In this document: piece after piece, positions 14,059 to 25,720 of the stretch
How positions within the stretch are numbered: position 1 is the first letter of the stretch
How the letters are laid out: every line of letters begins with the position of its first letter
NCBI RefSeq assembly: GCF_048593235.1
Contig: NC_133620.1
Location: forward strand, 395,775,261-395,839,260
Length of the DNA stretch: 64,000 nucleotides
Direction of reading: 5' to 3'
Source of the DNA: Sminthopsis crassicaudata
Lineage: Eukaryota
Translations under genes and position numbers: made by a program
The notes under the pieces: generated by a model
Seen by the model: only the letters and a program-made list of their open reading frames with translations
What the model was told of the DNA's origin: nothing
Database searches by the model: none

Positions 14059-14185
14059 GTTAAACCAGCTGGATAGGCACTGCCAGTCCACTGCCCAACA
14101 GCTGGTTCTCCTCCTCAAGAAGCAGAACGAGCTTTTCATGGAGCGGCAGACTCTAACGGAAGAGGTGCAGAAACTGAAATCCCAG
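14059..14185 (+). CDS. SDCCAG8: SDCCAG8 penultimate coding exon (127 bp)
   Basis: Acceptor ttcttctccAG ends at 14058 and donor GTacg starts at 14186. After one split base it translates to LNQLDRHCQSTAQQLVLLLKKQNELFMERQTLTEEVQKLKSQ, matching my recollection of human LNQLDKHSQATAQQLVQLLSKQNQLLLERQSLSEEVDRLRTQ. It ends in phase 0. Confidence 0.95.
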
Positions 14186-14474
14186 GTACGCACTCCCCAG
14201 TCCCCACGCCCAAGGGAGAAAGCATCCAGGGAAGAAGCCAACATAGAGCAGTCGCTAGGAGCTCTCCCTGCCCCCCACTTCCCCTTCCTTGTTGCCTTGT
14301 TCTCCCTCCCTCCTCTCCTCCTAGTCCAGTTCTCTCAGCTTTCTCCAAACCTTTTCTCTGTTCCTCCAATCCCTACTGCCTTAGAAATCAAGCCAGTCTT
14401 CAAAGACCAAAACATTCTGCAAGCCTTGAGGGCCCCAGGCCCTGCAGGAAATAAAGGAAATGTTTCCGACATGA

Positions 14475-15187
14475 ATAGTCCCCTACCCTCCAGGAGCTTA
14501 CAATCTTATGATGGTCCCTTACCCTCCAGGAGTTTATCTTAGTCCTCTACCCCTCATTATAGTCTCTTACTCTCCTGAAGTTTACAACCTAAATTATATA
14601 ATCCCCTCCCTCCAGGAGCTTACCACCTAATTATGTAGTCCTCTACCCTCCAGGGGTTTACCACCTAATAATATATTCTCCTACCCTCCAGGAGCTTACC
14701 ACCTAATTATGTAGTCCTCTACCCTCCAGGGGTTTACCACCTAATAATATATTCTCCTACCCTCCAGGAGCTTACCACCTAATTATGTAGTCCTCTATCC
14801 TCCAGGACCTTGAAACCTAATTATATAGTCCCCTACATTCAGGAGCTTACCACCTAATTATAGTCCCCTACCTTCTGGAATTTACCACCTAGTTATATAG
14901 CTGCCTACCCTCCAGAAATTTATTAATTATAGCCCCCTAATCTCCAGGAGTTTACAACCTAATTATATAGTCTCCTACCCTCCAGGAGCTTAACCTAATT
15001 ATAGTCCCCTACCCTCCAGGAGAGCTTACAACTTAATTATGTAGTCCACTACCTTCCAGGAGTTTAACCCTAATTATATAGTCTCCTACCCTCCAGTAGC
15101 TTAAACCTAATTATAGTACCCTACCTTCCAGGGGCTTACAACCTAATTATACAGTCTCTTACCCTCCAAGAGCTTACAACCTAATTA
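14475..15187 (+). repeat. Minisatellite, ~38-bp unit, ~19 copies, with a 76-bp higher-order dimer
   Basis: Unit is approximately agtcccctaccctccaggagcttacaacctaattatat. Blocks 14637-14712 and 14713-14788 are identical 76-mers. Confidence 0.95.
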
Positions 15188-16045
15188 GAATCCAAACCAA
15201 CTACATTGAAATTAAAATGAATAACTCAAAAAAATACATTGCACTTTAAGGTTTACAAAGCACTTTCTTTTGAGGTAAATAGTGAAAAAGGGTATCCACA
15301 TTTTACAGATTAGGAAACTGAGGCCAAGAGCAGGAAGCTATCAAGAGTCACACAATAACTGCAAGAGCTGAGATCTGAACCCATATCTTATTAAGTCCGT
15401 TCTCCTTTCTTTATACCCCATGAAACAACAGGACACAGTTATCAGGTAGTATCACTAACGCTTTAAATTTGGTGTTAAGGGAGAAGCCCCCTAATTGAAA
15501 AAAGAGGGATCTTAATAGATGGAAGTCCTGCATTGCAGTGTCTGGCAAAGTCATTGAATTTCCCTGTGTTTGTTTCATTATATTGAATATGGCTACAATT
15601 ATCCATAATTAACCTTATAGATTTGTTTTGGGAAAGGGGCTTTGTAAAACCTTTATGCTGTATAAAAACACTGATGACCAGGAGCTTTTGTTGAGTTTGG
15701 AAGAAGAGATCAGTGTCATTTTAAGAGGACAGAATCTCACTGAAATAGTTTCTATGTTGGGACTTTTGGCCCTGTGCCTAGCACAGTGCTGAACACACTA
15801 AGCACTTGATGCTTGTAGATTGATATAAAATCAATCCTTGAACTATATTCCACTTAATTTTAGTATCATAGATTTAGAGTTAGAGGGAACCTCAGAAGGC
15901 ATCTAATCTAAACTCTTCATTTTACTGATGAGGAAACTGAGGGCCTGTCCAGTGTCACAAAAGTGCCGAGTGAAAAATCCCAGGATTTAAATCCTCTTGT
16001 ATTCTGTGCTTTTCTTGTTACCAGATGAAAATAGCATTTTGTATT

Positions 16046-16241
16046 CTAGGGCTGTTGAAACTTTTTCCTCTCACAACCCCTGTTTATCCAAGAAATTTTT
16101 ACATGACCCTGGATATATAGGTATATAAATTAGATATAGAAATCAAGCATTTACTGATGATAAATCATAATTTCACAACCCCTACATTGTTACATGATCA
16201 CATGTGGAGGTCATGACCCACGTTTAAGAAGCTTTGTTCTA
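16046..16241. mobile_element. Probable hAT-type MITE fossil
   Basis: ctagggctgttgaaactttttcc...gtttaagaagctttgttcta form degenerate inverted ends. Confidence 0.5.
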
Positions 16242-18406
16242 CACCACAGGTACTCAAGGAAATTTTTCGATTTGCCGATCTGGATTTGCTGGATCAAACC
16301 TCATTGGTTCATTCTACAATTACAGGCTCATCGAATATGTTGAGAAGTCTCCTGATTACATAGTGGGTTTTGGTGCTCTTTCCACATCACTGTATAACGG
16401 CAGACTATCACACATAATTAAAATGTTTCCCATCACTATACTCTTGAAGTACATGGACTGGTCCTTTTATAGATTGGGAGGAATTGAAAAGTCAAAAGGA
16501 AGAGGAGGGCAGGTAGAGGCGACAGCTTGAGTGAAGATATGGGGTGGGAATAACAATAGCTCATTTTTACATGAAGTTTCATTGTTTAAGGCCTTTTCTT
16601 AAAATAACCTTGGGAAGTATATAAACTGATGTAGTTATTATCCATCATTTATTATTATTTTTATTATTAATGATATGGTTTAGTTATTATCTCTCAATTC
16701 ACATTTGGGGAAATTGAGACTCAGCAAGTTGAAGGAAATTTCAAAACAAAAATGACATATGATATCAGGATTTGAATCTGAGGCTTTGGACTCCCAAATC
16801 CTATGCCAGGCTGTCCTGTGCATGTTCTTTTCAGAGTTGCTGTGCTTGTCATCCCATTAGAACTTTTTTTGAGGGTAATGAGGTCACCAATTGAAAGTCA
16901 TTCTCATTTACTGAATAGGATTACATGCAGGTTCTTATTAAACTTTCATCAAAGTAAGTAGATTTGTATTATTAATAGGGACAACATAACTGAAGACTAA
17001 TATGTCAACAGAACTCTTCCATCCTTTCAGGAACCAGAGACCTCCAGGGCACCGATGTGATTCCCTCCCCTTTGTGATCCCCTCTTCTAGGGACTGTCCA
17101 ATCTGTCCCAGGAAGTGCAGCACAGAATTCCTCACCGGCCCACTCTCCGGAACCCTAAATCCCTCTGTGGGGTGGAGAGCTAGTGACAGACATGAAGGAG
17201 AGAAAAAGGCACAGAACCAGGGCCAACAGGAATAGGAGAAAGGCCTTTGACTCTGGCCCAGTCAGCCATCATTCCCAGTGTCTTCCACAAGGCCTGGAGG
17301 CAGGGAGGTTTCTGTTAACCTCAAGAGCCAGAGCTAGGCCCTACCTAGGGTAATGGAGGGAAGGCTACCAGGTTGCATGCACCTTTCCAGGCCTGGACAC
17401 TTGTCATCTCAAGATTAAGTTCCTAAAAACTCTTAGCTATTCTGCAGCTGAAAGCCCGTCCATACAAACAAATGGGGGAGAGACTCCATGGAAGCAAATT
17501 TTGGCCTCAAAAATCATTCCCTCACTTGACCATAGCAATAGCTGATTTGCCTTTTAAGTCCCCTCCTGCCTCCTGAGCACTGTCAGTTTTAAATGTAAAA
17601 ATCATCTGTGCTTTTAAGGACTTTTCTTAAGGTTTTAAGAATCTCCTAATTGCCCCATGGACTATGTGAGCTTCTCAGGAAAATGCAGCAGAAAAAAAAC
17701 TAGCACATCCTCTGGAAGCAGCCAGCAGGGCTTTCTTCCCCTGCCTGAAGCAACAGAAGTGATTTGACCAGCTCGTGGTATCTGATACCAGCCCATCTGG
17801 CTCATCTCTAAAGGAACCTTTCAAATTCAGATATTACATTTGGAGTTATTTTAATAGGAACATGACAAAAGAAATTTGGGAGAGATAAATTTTGGCTTCG
17901 TGCTGTAGCAAACTTGAGCGTTCAAAGAGGAGGCAGCCATCCAGGTTTGAAAGCTCTCAGCTGAAGCCATAAACTGAAGGGCTGTTTGTCACCCAGGAAT
18001 GGCACCAGACTTGACTCAGGCAGTGTCAGTGTGCTTCAACCTCTTGTGATGGATTTTTACAATTGAACAAGCTCGTTGAATTCTAGAGTGCAGAAGGGCT
18101 TCATGTTAGTGAAACTTCCAATGAACCATTTAAAACAACTAAGACAGCTATTTAACATAAACATATGACTGCACAGCACACACCATGTTGCTTTCTGGTA
18201 TATTAAGATCCCCCCCCTTTTTTTTTTCTTGAAGGCAGGATGACAGCCCTGGAACAAGAAAGATACAGTCATTGTTATCAAGAATGTTGGCTTTTTATTT
18301 CTTTATTTTTACTGGGTGCATGGCTAAATTCTACACACTCTGCTGAGCTATATAACAGAATTAAGATTTCAAGAGCATAATTTCAAAGGGAGACAGAGAA
18401 AGAAAG

Positions 18407-18417
18407 AAGAGAGAGAG

Positions 18418-18468
<51 letters not shown>
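18407..18468 (+). repeat. Compound (GA)n(GT)24 microsatellite
   Basis: Read directly from the sequence. Confidence 0.95.
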
Positions 18469-18471
<3 letters not shown>

Positions 18472-21400
18472 TAAGAGAATTATATTCTGGCTCTGGTGCT
18501 AGGGATGTGACTCTGTATAAATCACTGACTCAATTTTCTCATCTGTAAATCAAGAATAATAAACACTTCACAGAGTTACAGTATAGACCTGCAAGTTTTA
18601 TGTCAATATGACAACAGCAATAATCATCTCTGTCCATGGTTGAATATAGTCAGGTGAATTACATATAACTATCTTATAGTTATATGATACTGCATCCACT
18701 TTCATTTATCTCAGTAATTTATGATTTTTACATTTAAAAATTTCAATTGAAATGTCACCTACAGCAAACGGCCCCTTCAATGTCGCAGATGAGACACTCT
18801 AGTCTCTCTTCCTACATAGCTATCTTAGAATAATGTGGGCTGGTGGCATATGACCATTAAAAACACACAACATATACAAACACCACCACACATTAAAAAG
18901 TAAAAAGCCAGAGGCAACATCCATATTTCAACAATAATTTGGAATGTTTTGCCAAGTGTTACATTTTATGTAGTGTCCTGGTTGTCCACCTGGTCATTTC
19001 ATTAGCAGACAAGTTTTCACTCAGAAACAAACTGAGATGTCTTTTGGCTATATAAAAATCTGCATCCTGTAGGCAAAGTATAATTGAACCAAATCTCTGT
19101 CCATCTCTACACCCAAGAATCCAGGTGTTTGTTCACATGTCTCTGCTCTGAAATAGAGGTGCTGTCACTTGGATGGATTTAAGTTTTAGGTGCCAATGGG
19201 CCCTATAGCTATGGGTTTATACCACCAAAGTCCATAGCCTTTATTGGATAGAATTTGGGCTCAGGAAGAGGAGAATGATTTCTTTTCCTGCCCAGTGTAA
19301 GAGAGTAGAACCAGGCTATATTAAATTACTTCTGTTTAAATTCTGAAATGTGAACCATAAGATACCTAACAGAAAGAGACATTCAGAGACTTAACCACGT
19401 CAGTATTATTTTTGGCCAACGAGAATTCCCATATTTCCCTTCAGTGGTATTATTGAACAGCTAAGTAGCCTAGTGAGGGCTGATCAGATTCAATCCTGTG
19501 GGGCTTCTCATTACAGAGAGGGCTTTAGGATTTTCATCTTTGAGCACAAGATCTTACCCCTCCTCCAACAGAAATTTTAAATATCATAAAAAGGGATACA
19601 TTAATTCTTGTATGAATTAACTGCATGAATAATCAATCTATGTATCTCTGGAAACATTCCAATATACAAACCAGTTTCTCTGTTTCCTCCTTTTATACCA
19701 CTACAAGCTTGAAATTGTTTCCTATTCTTACTATCTTTTCCTCTGAGCAAAATATGAACTATCACAGCCTCTTCTGACCTCTTAAGGAAGGACAATATTT
19801 CTATCTTAAAGTACCTAAGCTCTGGAACTGAGGAAGACTTTGGCAGCTGAGGGAGAGAAAGAGAGTCATCTGGAGAGCTTGACAGCTGGGAGCAGGGTCA
19901 GAGGTTTGTGACTCAAAGCCTGGAGGCTTTAACAGCTGGCCAGGAAGTAGGGAGCCAGCTGGTGGGGAGTTAAGGGTCTTTTCATGGGGAGTTTGACATC
20001 TGGAAAAGCGGGGGAGGGAGGAAGGAAAAACAGAAGTGATCTATACATTTATAGGATTTTCTTAATGTTTGCTTTTTTAAAAATTTAATTTGGATATGGC
20101 TTTACTTATTTTGCTTTTTGCATTTTCTGGTAACCCAACAAATATCCCAGACAGGATATTTGATCCCATCTAAAGTGTTAATTCTAGGAAGTTATTCCCT
20201 TTTAAGTCTCTTCAGTTTTAGTCATTTCTACAAGTTTTTATTGAAAGGATTCTGAAACTGTCTTAAAATAGTCACCTAAATTAGTGGTTTATTAATAGCC
20301 TTGACAATTACATATGGCCACTTTGAAAATGATCCACATTATCTCATGCTTCCAAACCAATCAATGAGCAAACTAAAAATTAACCAATGAAAGAAAAAAG
20401 AGAGACTTATTGGGGATGTTAACAATTTTGACAGGGCATAGGATTTAGATGATGGCACGTGAGGAAGCTGTGGATGAGGAAACTTGGTTGAAGAGGTCCT
20501 GGCTAGAGAGAGTTATCACAAGCATTGGACACCTAGGCAAGCATGGCTCAGCTTCTTTACTCGACACCACACTTAGACCTGCTTTCTTTCTAGGAGCCCT
20601 CAGCTTACACCTTGCTGCCTTAGAACCATCTTTCACAAAGTTAGCTACCTGCAGGACAGATGGTGCCTGAATATAACAGCAAATACGCTGAATAAACTCA
20701 AAAAAAGCCTCCTCCTGAATCAAGATTTTTTGGANNNNNNNNNNNNNNNNNNNNNNNNNNNNNNNNNNNNNNNNNNNNNNNNNNNNNNNNNNNNNNNNNN
20801 NNNNNNNNNNNNNNNNNNNNNNNNNNNNNNNNNNNNNNNNNNNNNNNNNNNNNNNNNNNNNNNNNNNNNNNNNNNNNNNNNNNNNNNNNNNNNNNNNNNN
20901 NNNNNNNNNNNNNNNNNNNNNNNNNNNNNNNNNNNNNNNNNNNNNNNNNNNNNNTTTAAAATAAACTTGAACATATGCAGCTAAAATGTCATTAACTCCC
21001 TGCTGCCAGGGTGCTTTTGAAGGCAGAAATAAGACCCCTACACTGCATTTCAAATTTCAAGATCCTCTGACCTGCTGAGAAGTTGCCACATATATCTCAA
21101 ATACTGTGCATTTTAGCAACTTTTTAAACTGGGGCTTTATGCATAATTAATATTGAAATGCACAGAGGCTTCCATTTAAGCCAAACCTGCTCTTCCTTTG
21201 ACAGTTCATTTTGCCCAAGAGTGAGTAATTTCAAACTTTAGTTTCATGCAAGGAAAATGAATTTTATATTGCTTCAGATACATTTGTTCCATCTATTGCT
21301 TCCCAAGTCAGACATTACANNNNNNNNNNNNNNNNNNNNNNNNNNNNNNNNNNNNNNNNNNNNNNNNNNNNNNNNNNNNNNNNNNNNNNNNNNNNNNNNN

Positions 21401-22704
21401 NNNNNNNNNNNNNNNNNNNNNNNNNNNNNNNNNNNNNNNNNNNNNNNNNNNNNNNNNNTTACAACCCCAAATGTCAACGTTGCCTTTATTTTTAACGCTT
21501 TCAAACATGAGGCAGCCAGAGGCACCACTCTCTGCTGTCAGAGACACTGTCTAGCCCTCGGGAGCTCTGAAAATCTATTTACCATGGAAACGTGGTTCAT
21601 ATAACAACACAGACACCTGCCTGTGTGCCGAGAAAGTTCTCGTGACTTCTGTGATTCAAGGAAGCCTGTAAGACTCCAGACTCAGGATGCTACCAGCTGC
21701 TGGAGGAGCCCTCTTCAGCTGGCACGTACTATGAGACAAAGGTAGTGGAACATCCATCAATAAGTGTGATCCGCCTCTCTTCTGCAAAGGCTGTGCAGCC
21801 TTCTGATCCACCCTGCCTGGATTTCCATTCTCACAACATATAAACCAAGAGAACTGGACTACGATCTCTCACTGGCTTTAGGCTGTGATCGAAAGCACAA
21901 AGTCCTCAGCCAAGGTGCTATATTACAAGGGTCAAGAAAAGACCAATCTTCTGTTTACGTGCAAGGAAATCTTTTCATTCCCTGGTAATTGCATTTCTCT
22001 GCCTGCTGCAGATCTGTAATTCCTTGGGATATAAAGAGCCAAGTCTCAGGTCTTGAAGACATGGGACATGGGATGCCTTCTTCCTGGCAGAAGCTTTCAT
22101 TGGTGCAGCAGATTGTAACTGCTAAAGAAGATGCAGAAGGCTCTGTGTCCTCCCTTCCCCAGGCAGCTGCTGCCCTTGGGGGACATACAATGGCAATGGG
22201 AGAATGCCAAAGATCCTCTTTGGTACTTGTGGGCTCAAGATGGAAGGTAGATTGAGCAAGATTCTCTGCACAAAACAAGACACCCAGATTTTTATGTTTT
22301 TGAACTGGGGAAAACAACTCTTAAGGACACATTTTAACCAAGATTTGGAGGATGACCTGAGTCCACTTTGACTATGGCCAGTTGGGTTCTTTTTACCAAC
22401 TACTTATAAAATACAATTGGGATTATGAAGCTTCTAAGATTAGTAATGAGATGAAAAAACAGAACAGGAGGGAAGTTCATGCTCATATTGATTTCAAGAA
22501 TCCCAAATGACCAGAAGGGAAAATGAAGGAAAATGATATAATTCCCAATAGATTATTACTAATTCTGAGATGATTAAAATAAACAGAGTTGTACCCTCAT
22601 GACCTAGGTCCAACACTTTGCCGAAAGCATGGGGAGGAAAGTAATAAGCTATGGAAGTAATTAGTTGTCCCCCATGTAATCTTGAATTGACTATGCAGTC
22701 CGCC

Positions 22705-25700
22705 AATGAGCATTTATTTAACACCTGTTATGTGCTAGACACTACACTAAGTTCTGATATTACAAAGAAAAGTGAGAGATGTTCACTGTCCAGTGAGGGA
22801 GACACAAAATGTACAAGTATTCTGTTCACAGAATAGGAAAATAACATCCCCTATATTAGGGAATAAGGACAATAGAGAAATAACAAAGAGGGGAGGCACT
22901 AGAATTAAATAGAGTGGAGAAAGACACTCTGTAGAAAGTGGCATTTTGGATGGGACTTGAAGGAAGCCAAGAGGTCGAGATGAGATGAGAGAAGATGGCA
23001 TTCCAGGCTTGAGGGGCAGTCAGAGGAACTGCCACAAGAATATCCTGTTTGTGCCACAGCAAGAGGGGCCAGGATCACTGGATCAGATAATATTGGGGTG
23101 GGAGGCTGGGCAGGAGCTTGACCACAAACTCTGGATGCCTCAGAGAAGATTCTCCATTTGATTCTGGAGGTGATTGATTGATGGGAAATCAGTGGGAGGG
23201 GATGACATGGTTAGAAAATCATTTTAGCAGCTAAATTGAGCATGGACTGGAGTGGGAAGAAGCTTGTGGCAGGCAGACCACAATATCAGCCTATTGGGAT
23301 AGTTTAGATGGGAGGTGATGAGGACATTGTAACAAGGTAAGGGAGAAGGGGATGTATGAGAGGGATTTTGCAACAGTGAAATCACTGTCTCAGCAACAGA
23401 TTGGATATGAAGGATAGGAGCGTGATTTGAGGACATCCCCTGGGCTTTGAGCCTGCAGGACTGAGAGGATGGGGTGGGAGTTAGGGGGAAAGATGGTGAG
23501 TTCGGTTTTGGACCTGTTGTGTTTAAGAAGTCTATTGGACCTCCAGTTTGAGCTGGAAGACATTTAGAGAAAACACAAAACTCTTGAGGTCAGTAGAAAA
23601 GTGAGTGGAAAGGATAGGTAGACCAAGTCAGCTGCATAAAGATAATTAAATCTTGGAAGCTGATGAGATCAAGTGAATTAGTATGGAGGGAGAAGAGAAG
23701 CAGGTCAAGGAGAGAGCCTTTGGGGCATGGGTGGGCATGACCAGAATAATCACACAGTTGTGGAGGCTGAGGAGAGGTCTGGCAGGGAGGAGGTCCAAGA
23801 GAAAGAAGTGTACCAAAAGCCCCACGAGAGAATTATCGAGGGGGGTCCTCAGTGTCAAAGGTTGCAGATAAGTCATAAAGGATGAAGACTGAGAAATGCC
23901 ATGGCAACTAAGAGATCTTTGGAAAATCAAAGAGAGGTTTTGGTGGAATTTTAAGGTCACAAGTCACACTGCAGGGCTGAAGGGAGAGGAGAGGAAGCCG
24001 AAGCACTGATTGTGCATGTCCTCCTCAAGTTCAGTCATAAAGGGCAGAAGATAAGAGTACTTGTGGGAATGGAAGGATCAAGTAGGATTTGGGGGTAGGC
24101 AGGGGACAGACATAAGTGTATTTGTAGACAGTAGAGAAGGAGCCAGTATACAGAAGAAATTGATTCTCTGAGCTCTGACTGCAGAATGTCTTTATTTTTC
24201 TTGCTTTTTTTGTGACATGGCTACTGTGGGAATATTTTGCATGACTTCAGTGGACCGTAGAAGGAAGGGTAGAGGGAGGAAGCATATATAGAACTGAAAA
24301 TAAAATAAAAAGCATTTTTAAAAAGTTAGAGTGGGGAAGTTAGAGGACGAATCTTATGAGATAGATGGGATGGAATGGGATTGCTTGTGCAGGTAGAGAG
24401 GTTTGCCTTGGCAAGAAGTATGACCACCATTTGCCCGGGGGGGGGGGGAAGGGGGGAGGGCAGGGCGGGGAATGAAGGAAGATGTAGTGGGAGAAGGCAT
24501 TTGGTAGATAGGGGGTGAGAAGGAAGAGCAAAGAATGCCCATGAATGGCCTCTTCTTTTATTTCCTAAAACATGTGGGGCAAGGTTCTCAGATGAGAGAG
24601 GGACAAGGCAGTGGGAATCATGGGATGTTTGCGAAAGGCATGGAAGTGAAGTTTGGGAAAGCTGTCGTACAGAGTGGGGCAGGGAGCAGATAAGGGAGAA
24701 CTGCCTTGTAATTGTGAGGGTCTAGTTGAGGTTGTGTAGCAGGACCCATTAAAATAGTTTGTGACATTTTTCTTCACTTTTGTTGGGCAGCAGGTATGCA
24801 GGAATGGAGGTGGCGACTGAGGTTGAGGTTGTGCAGGCCACAATAACATCATGATGGGGATGCATTGGCTCCAGAGAAGGGGATAGTGTAGAATTGAGCC
24901 GGTTCACAAAGGGTTGGGCTGGAAAAAAGGCCGGAGTAAGAGCAGGGGTGATAGCCTGGAAGAGAAGTGAGAGGCTGAGGAATTGGCAGTTACAGACAAA
25001 ACTAGGTTTTATAGGAAGGCAGAAGAGGAGGTGGGTCAGAAACCACAGAGTATGGTCAGACAGGAGGATTTCAGAGGTCTTGAACATGAAGGCGGTGTGT
25101 CTTAGGGTGACTGGTAGTAAGATTAAAGGGATGACTGGCAGGAGTGGGAGGGAAGTGAAGTTAGTAGACCTTGAAAAGGGAGGTTGAGGAACTGAATGAT
25201 GATGAGGGTGTTTGTTAGAGCGAAGCATCATTGTGTGAGTTGAAGCTGCCAAATTAATTTGAGGGTAGGAGTTGGGGAGGAGACAAAGGTTGTGAGCCAG
25301 ATACAACTGTCCTTGAAGGAAGGGGTCTGTCCTCAAAGGAGGACACCTGTGAGCCAAGAGGAATGAGCGCAACCAGCACCCCAGTGACCAGGGAGGAGGG
25401 TGTATCAGCAGGAAACAATCTCAGTGATTGCCAGAGGGCAGGAGTAGAAAGATTTAAGATGGTAACTGGCACTCGAGAGGGCACATTGGAAGGGGCACAC
25501 AGTGTTTGTTTGGGACTTTGGGGTGGGAAGGATGAGGGGAGAGAAATAATCTGGCTTTGAGGGATGGAGAACAGGATTTAGATGATAGCCAACAAACAGG
25601 CACTCCTAATCCCCAGGACGTACAGAGCATGTCCAGGAGTGTGTATGTATTCATTAGGGGATGCCGGAGAGAAGGCAAGAGACTGAGACATGCTGTACAA

Positions 25701-25720
25701 AAATGGAAGGCTCCTGCTCT
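22705..25720 (-). mobile_element. Long decayed L2 (LINE-2) remnant, ~3 kb, with interruptions
   Basis: Starts with the antisense L2 3' end (catttattaacacctgttatgtgctagacact), followed by the purine-rich body typical of antisense L2 (gacatggtta..., ctgtgg...ggcag, gatgaagactgagaa). Confidence 0.6.

Noticed and set aside
14475-15187. Regular array superficially like a CRISPR
   Set aside because: The units are contiguous with no unique spacers and the DNA is mammalian, so it is a minisatellite.
16234-16530. 98-aa ORF with protein-like appearance
   Set aside because: It starts at TTG inside a MITE end and has no recognisable family match in any frame.
20449-20734. 73-aa ORF and an exon-like stretch after tttctttctAG (..CLNITANTLNKLKKSLLLNQDFL)
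   Set aside because: No recognisable protein similarity, it is not part of the known SDCCAG8 exon chain (the penultimate and last exons already join in phase), and it is cut by a gap.
24749-25372. 207-aa minus-strand ORF
   Set aside because: It lies in a decayed L2 and is pyrimidine-rich and stop-poor, with no domain or splice support.
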